From Eledone cirrhosa (lineage: Eukaryota), in contig OZ024746.1 of the NCBI GenBank assembly GCA_964016885.1, positions 806,001 through 870,000 of the forward strand: a DNA stretch of 64,000 nucleotides, given 5' to 3'. Each line of letters begins with the position of its first letter. Positions within the stretch are counted from its first letter, which is position 1. The notes below the pieces were generated by a model, which searched no databases, had not been told where the DNA came from, and saw only the letters and a program-made list of their open reading frames with translations. This document shows positions 45,675 through 58,173 of this stretch, piece by piece. The position numbers and the translations under genes are program-made.

Positions 45675-46288
45675 GCAAGTTTCTCTACCATAATATTTAG
45701 TTTGGTGTCTCAGTTCAACTTCCTTTGTGTTTAATTTTTTGTCTTTTGTCAGTTTGTTGGTGTTGATAAAACAAATACCAGTAATATCATCATCATTTTT
45801 ACATCTGTTTTTCCATGCTTGCATGAGTTGGACGGGTCCTTCTTAGCATGGCATCCCTCCACTCATTGCGTTCCTTCGCCATCTCTGTGAGTTTCAGTGA
45901 TTTAATATCTGCTCTCACAACCTCTGCCCAGGTCTTTCTTGGTCTACCTCTACCGTGATTTCCTTGCACTTCTCCACCCAGCAATCATCATCAGATGACC
46001 ATACCAATGCAATCCTCTCTCTGGCACACAACCTCAGATTCCTCTTAAACCCATCTTCTCACTCAGCTCATCCAAGCTCTTCCAACATCAACTTGCTCAG
46101 GAACTGAAATCTTTCTTTTGCAAAGAAAAACCAACAACAAAAAGCATGTGTAAAATGTATCTACTTTAGAAGGAAGTTAATATTTTATTTAACCCTTTTG
46201 TTACCAACCCAGCCAAAACCAGCTCTGGTCCTATGAAATAAAACCACCCATTTTAAAGGTTTCTAATTTAAATTAAAATCTTCCAACA

Positions 46289-47155
46289 TCTACTTATATA
46301 TATAACCATCAATTTCTCTGTCTGTCTGTCCGACAGTGGAAACACGTGCGTAGAGAGAGAGTGAGAGTGAAAGAAAGAGACAGACTACGAGAGGGGGATA
46401 GCGGGAGGAAGAGAGAGAGAGTGAATAGACGCTAAAACACGTGCTATAGAAACATTACCTTCCCCTCTCCACTGACTTTGGTCACTGAGGCCAAGGGAAT
46501 CGCTGGTTACTATAGAGACACCTTGCACAAGCCAGAAGTAACCAGTTCGAGGCGGTTCTGACTTGACATCATGCGAAGAAGGTTGCCATTGAATTTGTGG
46601 TTGTTGCTGCTGATAATAAGGACCATTTGAAGAAGGTTGCTACTGATGAGGTAATTTATTAATCAGATTGCGCAGTTCCATAACCTACGTTTGATTTGTT
46701 CAATTTTTTTGTTCAATTTTTTAAATTTTTTTTTTTTTTATTTCTTATTGAAAAAATATAAATAATAAAATAAGGTTAGAAATTTAAATACAATTAAATA
46801 CGATTTAATTTCCATTTCGAGTAGCCAATGTCCAGTGTTCAATTTCATGAAAAAATTGGAAATAATTCAAATAAAAAAATATTTCCTTATTCACACCTAA
46901 TGGTATGATTAAAATTTCATAGGAATATTTTTTTCTAACCGCCAGTTATTTATTTTCTCCTTTTTCGTTTTAACATATATTTATTTCAAAGATTTCACCG
47001 TATAGATAACATATATATTTATACATGCATAAAAGACGCACCGAGAGACGGTGAACATGTGGTGCCGAAAACATTTCTCATCCAAATCTCAACAATATCA
47101 GTATATACACTAGATTTGCTAGCAGAAAACCGCCCACCGGGTGGTTTTCTGCTAG
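46289..47155 (+). mobile_element. Non-autonomous Helitron-like element
   Basis: A|TC 5' start (tctacttatatatataa, then ctgt repeats); 3' hairpin + CTAG nearly the same as 45545-45582. Confidence 0.65.
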
Positions 47156-47623
47156 TCTATATATATAAAACTGAGGATGTCTGTCTGTGTGTGTCTGTGA
47201 GTTTGAATCCCTAAAACTCGAGAAGTACCCAACCGATTTTTTTTTTTTTTTCAAACTTTACATGTGTATTACTTATGTTTCAGGGAGTGTTAGGCACATA
47301 ACTTTTTGATCACTTAGGGCCTGCATTAGGTGAAAAACTTCATTTTTTTCAGCTTTTTAGGGCTTTTTTGAGGCGTTACGTCTAGCCTATTTTCCTGAAA
47401 TTTCAAGGCAGATAAAAAAAATTCCTTTTCTTGATTCCCTAGGGCCCGCATTAGGTGAAAACCTGCATTTTTCCTGCTTCATCGAGGAAAATCTTAAAGA
47501 TTATCCAGCCATCAGAGTATTCGGTTTATTTTCTCCAGGCATGCAGTTTCTCCACGATTAGGTCTGTTGGCGGCCCGCGTTCCAAAATACCTTATCCCTT
47601 GCAACGCCGGGTACCACTGCTAG
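47156..47623 (+). mobile_element. Non-autonomous Helitron-like element, second family
   Basis: 5' tctatatatataaaactgaggatgtctgtctg; 3' cccttgcaacgccgggta...CTAG|T; same 5' end at 63108 and similar 3' end at 52073-52100. Confidence 0.75.
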
Positions 47624-48214
47624 TAATTCTATACAAGAACCTTACATTAAGTTACTATCTTAGTAATGAAATAATAATTTTAGTAAATCCCTCAAAATTC
47701 TTCATTAATTAATTAAAATAGTATTTCATTAGAAATGTGGTGATGAAAGGGTTTGGATAGCAATTCACCTCAAACTGCTTGTTGTTCTAGAAAATTGATT
47801 GTTTTAAAGTTTTCATATATATTTCTATGTAAGAACTGTTTAAGTAACATTACAAACTTTAGCTTGCTTATGAAAAACTTAGGTTATTTCACCAAATCTT
47901 AGGTTATTTCCTAGAGATACTTGAAGCTTTAGACCCGAGCAATGTTATTGAAGGTAAACCCAAATCAATCAAATCATTGGTAATGTTTCAACCTTGTATA
48001 TGAAACCAATATAAACAAATAAACAATTGAGGGAATTGACTCTGCAAGATGTAATGCACAGCCAGAGAAATACTGGTTTCTTGTTTCTCAAGAAAATATG
48101 GTGACATATATCGCCACCTGTTACAATCAGGATGAAAATTTGCCACATTCTTCAGCAGAGATAAAGAGTTTTGTCCTTAAAAACATCAATATTAAATGTT
48201 CTGCTAAGATCAAA

Positions 48215-50091
48215 GGTGTGTTAGAGCAGGACTATACTATAAATGGTGTTAGAGCAGGACTATACTATAGATGGTGTTAGAGCAGGACTATACTATAGAT
48301 GGTGTTAGAGCAGGACTATACTATAGATGGTGTTAGAGCAGGACTATACTATAGATGGTGTGTTAGAGCAGGACTATACTATAGTTGGTGTTAGAGCTGG
48401 ACTATACTATAGTTGGTGTTAGAGCAGGACTATACTATAGTTGGTGTGTTAGAGCAGGACTATACTATAGTTGGTGTGTTAGAGCAGGACTATACCATAG
48501 TTGGTGTGTTAGAGCAGGACTATACTATAGTTGGTGTTAGAGTAGAACTATACTATAGTTGGTGTGTTAGAGCAGGACTATACTATAGTTGGTGTTTTAG
48601 AGCAGGACTATACTATAGTTGGTGTGTTAGAGCAGGACTATACTATAGTTGGTGTGTTAGAGCAGGACTATACTATAGTTGGTGTGTTAGAGCAGGACTA
48701 TATCATAGTTGGTGTTAGAGCAGGACTATACTATAGTTGGTGTTTTAGAGCAGGACTATACTATAGTTGGTGTGTTAGAGCAGGACTATACTATAGTTGG
48801 TGTGTTAGAGCAGGACTATACCATAGTTGGTGTTAGAGCAGGACTATACTATAGTTGGTGTTTTAGAGCAGGACTATACTATAGTTGGTGTGTTAGAGCA
48901 GGACTATACTATAGTTGGTGTTAGAGCAGGACTATACTATAGTTGGTGTTTTAGAGCAGGACTATACTATAGTTGGTGTTAGAGCAGGACTATACCATAG
49001 TTGGTGTGTTAGAGCAGGACTATACTATAGTTGGTGTTAGAGCAGGAATATACTATAGTTGGTGTTTTAGAGCAGGACTATACTATAGTTGGTGTTAGAG
49101 CAGAACTATACTATAGTTGGTGTTTTAGAGCAGGACTATACTATAGTTGGTGTGTTAGAGCAGGACTATACTATAGTTGGTGTTAGAGCAGGACTATACT
49201 ATTGTTGGTGTGTTAGAGCAGGACTATACTATAGTTGGTGTTAGAGCAGGACTATACTATAGTTGGTGTTAGAGCAGGACTATACTATAGTTGGTGTTTT
49301 AGAGCAGGACTATACTATAGTTGGTGTTAGAGCAGGACTATACCATAGTTGGTGTGTTAGAGCAGGACTATACTATAGTTGGTGTTAGAGCAGGACTATA
49401 CCATAGTTGGTGTGTTAGAGCAGGACTATACCATAGTTGGTGTTAGAGCAAGACTATACCATAGTTGGTGTTAGAGCAAGACTATACCATAGTTGGTGTT
49501 AGAGCAGGACTATACTATAGTTGGTGTTAGAGCAGGACTATACTATAGTTGGTGTTAGAGCAGGACTATACTATAGTTGGTGTGTTAGAGTAGTACTATA
49601 CTATAGTTTGTGTTTTAGAGCAGGACTATACTATAGTTGGTGTTAGAGCAGGACTATACCATAGTTGGTGTGTTAGAGCAGGACTATACCATAGTTGGTG
49701 TTAGAGCAAGACTATACCATAGTTGGTGTTAGAGCAAGACTATACCATAGTTGGTGTTAGAGCAGGACTATACTATAGTTGGTGTTAGAGCAGGACTATA
49801 CTATAGTTGGTGTTAGAGCAGGACTATACTATTGTTGGTGTGTTAGAGCAGGACTATACCATAGTTGGTGTTAGAGCAGGACTATACCATAGTTGGTGTG
49901 TTAGAGCAGGACTATACCATAGTTGGTGTTAGAGCAGGACTATACTATTGTTGGTGTTAGAGCAGGACTATACTATAGTTGGTGTTAGAGCAGGACTATA
50001 CTATAGTTGGTGTGTTAGAGCAGGACTATACTATTGTTGGTGTTAGAGCAGGACTATACCATAGTTGGTGTTAGAGCAGGACTATACCATA
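48215..50091. repeat. 27/29-bp minisatellite, about 65-70 copies
   Basis: Unit ggtgt(gt)tagagcaggactatactatagtt; no spacers. Confidence 0.97.
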
Positions 50092-50255
50092 TGTAGACGG
50101 AAAACTAAACAAAAATGATTGAAGATAAAATAATTTATTTTTTTATTGTGTCAATGTTTTGAAAATTTCTTTAAAAAAGTAGTTGTTATTTTAATTGAAC
50201 ATTTTTTCCTTTAAATTTCAGAATATGTACTGCTGTGGCTGTGATTGTGTTGGAA

Positions 50256-50325
50256 ATGTCCAAATGTCATATATTTAGTTTTTTACACTGTTTCCTTCTG
50301 GTCAGTTGTATAATTTTACTAAGAG
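50256..50325 (+). CDS. PXYLP1-like gene, coding exon 1 (signal anchor)
   Basis: Acceptor ttcag at 50221; MSKCHIFSFLHCFLLVSCIILLR; phase-1 donor ag|gtaact compatible with exon 2. Start codon inferred. Confidence 0.65.
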
Positions 50326-50395
50326 GTAACTATCTTTCTATACTGTTTCTTAGGGAACTCTTATTGTAATTAAACAAAGAGTTGGACGGAACCTT

Positions 50396-50568
50396 TCACC
50401 ATCAACACCATCATCATCAACAACACCATTAACATCACCATCATCATCACCACTACGACCATCATCATCATCAACACCATCATCATCATCATTATCATCA
50501 TCATCATCATTATCATCATCATCAACACCACCATCATCATTATCATCAACACCACCATTATCATCATC
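50396..50568. repeat. Imperfect (CAT)n microsatellite
   Basis: Direct inspection. Confidence 0.9.
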
Positions 50569-50569
50569 A

Positions 50570-50841
50570 GTCTGTCTAGAGCCCAAAGACTCATCAGGTT
50601 GGTGTTTATCCCAGTTTCCATGGTGTGAAGCAACCGAGAATAAAGACCCCCCCCCCCCCCCCCCCGGAAAGGACGCCAGTCCATCGCAAGGTTAAGCTCC
50701 CAGTTATTGCTGGTACTCACTCTCAACTGAGTATACTGGAGTAATGTGAAATAAAGTGCTTTGCTCAAGAATACAACACAACCCAGTCCAGAAATTGTGA
50801 TCCTTAGTTTAACACCTTTGCCACTAGGCCATATGTCTCCA
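50570..50841 (-). mobile_element. tRNA-derived SINE; also 59479-59622 (+) and about 59035-59140 (+)
   Basis: In the 59.5-kb copy: A box tggcttagtgg, B box gagttcaattc, core ccttgagcaagacactttatttcacattgctccagt. Confidence 0.75.
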
Positions 50842-51321
50842 CTTGCTAGCAGAGAAAACAGACATTAAATGGTGGTGGTGGTTATTATGATGATGATGAT
50901 GGTATTGTCTTATCCAATTTATCTAATGTTTATCTTCAGTTTCTTGAAAAATAAATAAATTTTCCTGTATATTTGATTGAAATTGTTTAACTTGTGTGGC
51001 AAATCTATAACCCAGTTTCATCGAATCATAATCTATGAAGCTCAGTGTGTGGTCATGCTCCTTCGTTATAGAAATCTACGATATAGAATTTCTTCAATTG
51101 AAATTTAAAATTCAGTATTTGAAATAGTTTCGATTGCGTCTTGGAACATCTCATTTTTTCAATTTCACCCACAATTACGCAAAAAATAGATAAAACTCAA
51201 TATTTTACGATTTTTCTCTCTCATTTAAACTGCTGAACTCTTTCTACTACCATTCAAAATCTATACAACTTCATACTTTCTGCTACTTTCTCTTTCCAAG
51301 CTTGGTGGTGATACTGTCCAT

Positions 51322-51815
51322 TCACACCACTCCCTACTGTCTTAAATTTAGAAAACACATATCCTCTATGAGGTTACTAAACCTGCTAGAAACAGCAGCT
51401 AACTCTCCCCCATATCACACCCCTCCCCACACCACTCCCTACTGTCTTAAATTTAGAATACACATATCCTCTATGAGGTTACTAAACCTGCTAGAAACAG
51501 CAGCTAACTCTCCCCCATATCACACCCCTCCCTACTGTCTTAAATTTAGAAAACATATCTTCTATGAGGTCACTAAACCTGCTAGAAACAGCAGCTAACT
51601 CTCCCCCATATCACACCACTCCCTACTGTCTTAAATTTAGAAAACATATCTTCTATGAGGTCACTAAACCTGCTAGAAACAGCAGCTAACTCTCCCCCAT
51701 ATCACACCACTCCCTACTGTCTTAAATTTAGAAAACACATATCCTCTATGAGGTCACTAAACCTGCTAGAAACAACAGCTAACTCTCCCTACTGTCTTAA
51801 ATTTAGAAAACACAC
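51322..51815. repeat. About 90-100-bp tandem repeat, about 5 copies
   Basis: Unit ctccctactgtcttaaatttagaaaacacatatcctctatgaggtcactaaacctgctagaaacagcagctaactctcccccatatcacac. Confidence 0.92.
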
Positions 51816-52616
51816 AGACAACCATGCAGAACAACTCCATCGCAGCTCTGTTGTTCGGCTGGCATCGTCTACGCGCGTGTTGTGCAAGTACTGTGAAACA
51901 ATAAATTTCAACACTTTTTTGCACAGAGATAATATCCATAGGCGAAACTACAATTGTCACTGCTGGCACAGCTCATGCTTCCAGGTCTGCAATTCATTCA
52001 CCCAGTGCCTGGCAGACAAAAAAGTGCTGCCATAAAATGGGTGGTGCAACCTAACTTTGGTAATTTAATGACCCCGAGCAACGCCGGGCTTTAATGCTAG
52101 TACATTTGATAAAATATTCATTATAGAGGAAATAGAATACTTTGACTTACTGACATTGTGAACTCCACTATTGTTGTTAGCTGCTGGGACACTGCATCCT
52201 TTAAAACTTCCATACTTCTTGAAATTCACCAACACTACACCTGATATTTCCCCTCCATACACAGGCACACATGTATCTGTGTGTATATCATGACTCATAC
52301 ACTGTTCACTTTCCTGACATTTGTACATTATTCTATGTACTATATATACACCTTTGATGAGTTGTAGTGCACCTGAGCACTGTACACAATAATTTCATTA
52401 TCATTATTATTTTATGATATTCAAAGCCAATAGTAATTTGAAATATCAAAGTTACATTTGCCTATCTTGTAACGTACGACAACTTATAAACTATCACTAT
52501 AAAGTAATTGAGAATAAACTGGGATATAACCTTTTGAGGTAGTAAAAGGGGATAATCACCTATAGAAGAGGTGGAGAACCTTTTCATGTTGAAATGCCAC
52601 ATTAAGTTACTTGTAA

Positions 52617-53596
52617 TATAATGAAGCCACATTAAGTTGTAATATAATAAGGCTATATTAAGTTGTGATATAATAAGACTACATTAAGTTGTGATATAAT
52701 AAGGCTACATTAAGTTGTAATACAATAAGGCTACATTAAGTTGTGATATAATAAGGCTACATTAAGTTGTAATATAATAAGGCCACATTAAGTTATAATA
52801 TAATATGGCTACATTAAGTTATAATATAATATGGCTACATTAAGTTGTGATATAATAAGGCTACATTAAGTTGTGATATAATAAGGCTACATTAAGTTGT
52901 GATATAATAAGGCTACATTAAGTTGTAATACAATAAGGCTACATTAAGTTGTGATATAATAAGGCTACATTAAGTTGTAATATAATAAGGTCACATTAAG
53001 TTGTAATATAATAAGGCTACATTAAGTTGTAATATAATAAGGCTACATTAAGTTATAATATAATAAGGTCACATTAAGTTATAATATAATAAGGTCACAT
53101 TAAGTTGTAATATAATAAGGCTACATTAAGTTATAATATAATAAGGCCACATTAAGTTGTGATATAATAAGGCTACATTAAGTTGTGATATAATAAGGCT
53201 ACATTAAGTTGTAATATAATAAGGCTACATTAAGTTATAATATAATAAGGTCACATTAAGTTGTGATATAATAAGGCTACATTAAGTTGTAATATAATAA
53301 GGTCACATTAAGTTGTAATATAATAAGGCTACATTAAGTTGTAATATAATAAGGCTACATTAAGTTATAATATAATAAGGCCACATTAAGTTGTGATATA
53401 ATAAGGCTACATTAAGTTGTGATATAATAAGGCCACATTAAGTTGTAATATAATAAGGCTACACTAAGTTGTGATATAATAAGGCTACACTAAGTTGTGA
53501 TATAATAAGGCTACATTAAGTTGTGATATAATAAGGCTACATTAAGTTGTGATATAATAAGGCTACACTAAGTTGTGATATAATAAGGCTACATTC
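52617..53596. repeat. 26-bp minisatellite, about 37 copies
   Basis: Unit tataataaggctacattaagttgt(g/a)a. Confidence 0.97.
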
Positions 53597-53920
53597 AAGA
53601 AACTATAATCACTGGTGTACTAAGTCCCCGCAGGTTCTAACCAGACCAAGATGATAGTGGCTACAGTCAATCGGGAATATAAGGAACATTCTAGAATCAC
53701 ATTAGAACTAAAACATGAGCATAGAAAGTGCTGAAATGTTCCTTATGATCTCCTAATTCTTTAATTCTGACTGTCTGTCAGTGTGGATTATTTCATTGAA
53801 TTTTCTTTTACTCTTTGGTATTTAAAATATGATTATCTTATAGTTTAAATTAAAATAAGAGATAGACAAAAATATATTAATAAAAATAAAAAATGTATTG
53901 GAAATTTTTATTTTTTCAAA

Positions 53921-54531
53921 AGGCCACATAGAATGGCATAGAAGACCACATAGGGCCTTAAGGCCACATAGAATAGTATAGAAGACCACATGTAGCCTTA
54001 AGGCCACACAGAATAGCATAGAAGACCACATAGGGCCTTAAGGCCACATACAGCCTTAAGACCACGCAGAATAGCATAGAAGACCACATAGGGCTACACA
54101 GTCGTCTTTCAGGCGCATCACGTGGCCATACCAACGTAGTCTTCTCTCAAGTAAACAGCATCTGATCCCTCTTATTCCTAATTTCTCACTTAGTTCATTT
54201 ATGCTTTGCCACACAGAATAGCATAGAAGACCACATGTAGCCTTAAGGCCACACAGAATAGTATAGAAGACCACATAGGGCCTTAAGGCTACACAGCATA
54301 GCATAGAAGACTACCTAGGGCCTTGAGGCCACACAGCATAGCATAGAAGACTACCTAGGGCCTTGAGGCCACACAGAATAGCATAGAAGACTACCTAGGG
54401 CCTTGAGGCCACACAGCATAGCATAGAAGACTACCTAGGGCCTTGAGGCCACACAGCATAGCATAGAAGACTACCTAGGGCCTTGAGGCCACACAGAATA
54501 GCATAGAAGACCACATAGAGCCTTAAAGCCA
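53921..54531. repeat. 40-bp minisatellite interrupted by an RTE fragment (54099-54211, -)
   Basis: Unit aggccacacagaatagcatagaagaccacatagggcctta. Confidence 0.93.
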
Positions 54532-55781
54532 CAGGTTCTCTATATCTGGCCTATATTGTAGAAGGTTTCTCTCTAAAAATTTAAAGGCAGATTGTATGAT
54601 GCCTGTATACAAACGGCAATGTTACATGGCAGTGAGATATGGGCATTACGTGCAGAGGACCTGCGCAGACTGGAAAGGAACGAAGCATGCATGTTCCGTT
54701 GGATGTGTAATACGTGAATGGCAAAGCATAAATGAACTGAGAAATTAGGAATAAGGGATCAGATGCTGTTTACTCGAGAGAAGACTACGTTGGTATGGCC
54801 ACATGATGCGCATGAAAGACGGCAGCTGTATAAAAAAGTGCAGGGCGAACTAAATTAGATGGAAGCCACGGAGTAGGTAGACCCAGAAAAACCTGGGACG
54901 ATGTGATAAATTCCGACCTTACACAGTTGCACCTCTCTAAGACAATGTCACTGGACCGAGATCTTTGGCGCTACGCAGTAATACAGAAGACCCGCCTTGC
55001 CTATGTACAAAGCGAAACCTACAGTCAGTAGGCATCTCTTAACCAAATATACACTCCAATCCACTACCCCTACCCTGTCCTCCCACTCCCACCAACACCA
55101 CCCTCTCTCTGTAAAGTTGGTACCACAACATCCAGTCCAAATAAATGAGATAAATGAGATCGAGATCGTGTAGGTGTCACGAGAAAAAAACACACAGTCC
55201 ACGCTGTAATGTGGCCGTGTAGGTAACATGGTAAAAAGTTCCCAGTTCCACACTGTAAATGTGGTTGGTGTTAGGAAGGGCATCCAGCCTTAGAAAGTTT
55301 TCCAAACAAAGAGTTGTGTGAACAATATAACAACCTCTCTAGTGTCTCACAATAAAATGCACTCAATGGTACATGAGACTATGAAAGTGAGATGTGAACC
55401 CCTGGGCAGTCAATAGCCCTGTTTGAGTACAGACTTGGTCTGTGAAGACCTGTTCAACCTTTTCTAGCAGAGAGAATGGATGTGAATGATGATCATGATA
55501 TTGTTTTAACAGCTTCATAAATACACTAAATAGTATTTATGTAACAGCTTCTTAGCTTTTGAGCATCTCTTTATATCTCCTATTGTTATCTGCTTTCTTG
55601 TTTCTGGAGTTGTTGGCCATGTAACTGAGATGAACGTGAATCTGTCTACATGTTGACCATGAGAACAGAAATATCAACCTTTAGTGTTAGATTTCGAATA
55701 AGAATCTCACATCTAATATTGAGGTTAATGTTATCTACATTTGCTGAATATATACATAAATATAGCTTCTCTATCACCAAC

Positions 55782-56845
55782 ATTTTATCATAACACCAAC
55801 ACTACTACTTTACAGAGTGTACTGGGTGTATTTTATCATGACACCAACACTCCCACTTTACAGAGTTTACTGGGTGTAGTTTATCATGACACCAACACTA
55901 TTACTTTACAGAGTGTACTGGGTGTAGTTTATCATGACACCAACACTATTACTTTACAGAGTGTACTGGGTGTATTTTATTATGACACTAACACTACCAC
56001 TTTACAGAGTGTACTGAGTGTGTTTATGGGTCTCAATATGTAGACCAAACGACTAATTACTGATACCCTCCGCTACTCTTATTTCCCCCTGGGACCCAAC
56101 AGTCAACTGAACATTACATATTTTGTGTGGATTCTATTTCAGATATTGTTTTAATCAAAAGCATTGAAAGCCCTTCAGGTGAAAGTCCACAAAGATTTAA
56201 TAAGGGGCGTTTATTATCAGTAATAAAGAGAACAGTAAATGACAAACAGATTCACTACAAGACATTACTTCAACATCCCAGAGTAAAGAAAGTATGTCAA
56301 TACTTCAATACAGAAGAATCACAGAAAGACACAAGTAAATTTTACATTCTTACTTTATTTTCTATAAAATTTCATTAAAATTTTACAGGAATTGTGCTTA
56401 CTGAGGTGGAAAATTGACAGAGTGTACTGGGTGTATTTTATTGTGACACCAACACTACCACTTTACAGAGTGTACGGGGGTGTATTATATCATGATACCA
56501 ACACTACCACTTTACAGAGTGTACTGGGTGTATTATATCATGATATCAACACTACCACTTTACAGAGTGTACTGGGTGTATTATATATATCATGATACCA
56601 ACACTACCACTTTACAGAGTGTACTGGGTGTATTTTATTGTGACACCAACACTACCACTTTACAGAGTGTACTGGGTGTATTTTATTATGATACCAACAC
56701 TACCACCTTACATAGTGTACTGGGTGTATTTTATTGACACCAACACTACCACTTTACAGAGTGTACTGGGTGTATTTTATTGTGACACTAACACTACCAC
56801 TTTACAGAGTGTACTGGGTGTATTGTGACACCGGCACTACCATTT
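55782..56845. repeat. Two 48-bp tandem arrays (55782-56023 about 5 copies; 56418-56845 about 9 copies) flanking exon 2
   Basis: Unit gacaccaacactaccactttacagagtgtactgggtgtattttatcat; related to the 48-bp unit in the SINE at 44137-44300. Confidence 0.92.
56143..56334 (+). CDS. PXYLP1-like gene, coding exon 2 (stem region)
   Basis: tttcag| ... |gtaaat; 192 nt, phase 1-1; (D)IVLIKS...HPRVKKVCQYFNTEESQKDT. Confidence 0.7.
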
Positions 56846-56986
56846 TCCCTGCTAGCAAGGGTTGAACAGATCTACATACACCAAGTTAGTACTAAAGCAG
56901 AGCCACTGATATTAAAATTAAAATACGTGTTTCATATGTTTCTTTATAAATGTTTGATTTATTTTATTCTTTTTGTTGAAATATAG

Positions 56987-58173
56987 GTTATTACCATAGA
57001 CATTTCTCTGAGTACAAGTTAGTTCAAGTTCATGGTTTCTTCAGTCCTGGACAAACTGTCCCAAAAGAGCTGCCTGCACTGAAATCACCAAAGATCAACT
57101 GTAAAATAACAAACCTTTTGTCAAATAACCCTAAAGTGTTGTCATATGAAAAGACAATCCGTATACACCAGGGTGTTCAAAAGAAGCCCAATGGCTTAAA
57201 GATCTTCCCCACAACATCTAAAAAATATCTCTGCCTTTTTCCAGACCTTACCCCTTTCGGAACCATTCAGCAAATTGAGCATGGGCAATTTTTTAGTAAA
57301 GCTTATAGTCACATATTGAAGAATATATCTCGTGTAGAAGAATTGTTTACTATAGAGACTCTTCCTGAAAAACTTCTATATCAAAATGCCCTTGCTTTTG
57401 CTGCTGGATTCCTTAAACAAAAGCAATTTAGTAAATTACAAATTCATAAATCTCTTCCAGATTTTGCTCCCATGTCTATGAATAAACAACTTAATTGCCC
57501 TAAATTAAGTACATTTTCTTCACAAATAGAAAATGCTATAAATTCTGGTCAGTTTATTTTCAAAGAAGCTCACCCATCCACGAAACATTTAGCCAGCCTT
57601 TTTCATTCTAATGGTGTTGCTAAATCTTCTTCACTAGAACTTCTACAAACTACTTTATCTTATTTATGCAATAAAATCTCTCCCATTTGTCATAACGATA
57701 AGACAAATTGCATAAAAATAACACCTGAGGGATTGACTGAAGCTTTCAGGTTGACTGATAAATATTTTAAAAGCCTCATTGTAAATCCATTGTTTACCAA
57801 AATTTCCAAATTGTCCACATATCCAGCTCTTCGGGCAATTTTGGAAAGTATTCACAACAGCAATGTATTTTTCCACATGTATTCCACTAAGCTCTCGTAT
57901 TTGTTATATTTACTACGAACTCTGAGCCTCAAAGTCACTCAAAGACCAATGTCTGTTTCTCATTTGATTTTTGAGGTTTATTCTAACAATGAAGGCTTAA
58001 AATTCTTCCGCATTCTTTTTAATGGGGAAGATTTAACAAACCAAGTCCTCACTTGTAACAGTACAGCAGCTTCACTTTCAAATCTCTGTCCATTAAGTAT
58101 TTTAAGTAATTTCCTTACTAATGGAATCTTTGAAGGATCTAAAATTCAAGGATACACCGAAGCCTGTCAGTAG
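56987..58173 (+). CDS. 2-phosphoxylose phosphatase 1 (PXYLP1/ACPL2)-like histidine acid phosphatase-fold protein, terminal exon; catalytic motifs degenerate
   Basis: Open 1187 nt after a T-rich acceptor. Colinear with recalled PXYLP1 blocks: YKLVQVH, LC...LTPFGTIQQIEHGQ, YQNALAFAAGFL, LC...PIC...NC, LIFEVY, RILFNGEDLT...C, LCPL, YTEAC. The three exons give 482 aa. Confidence 0.8.

Larger units (their letters stand above)
46189..47753. mobile_element. piggyBac-like MITE interrupted by two Helitron-like elements
   Basis: ttaacccttt ... aaagggtt termini; both halves resemble the 44763-45674 element. Confidence 0.6.

Noticed and set aside
47914-48215. Upstream coding exon of the PXYLP1-like gene ending at aaag|gtgtgt
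   Set aside because: Stops upstream, and its phase leads to a stop in the 50222 exon; at most a 5' UTR exon.
48215-50091. CRISPR-like array; some units contain GTTTTAGAGC, like a Cas9 repeat
   Set aside because: Units abut with no unique spacers, there are no cas genes, and the context is eukaryotic; the 10-mer is a point variant of gtgttagagc.
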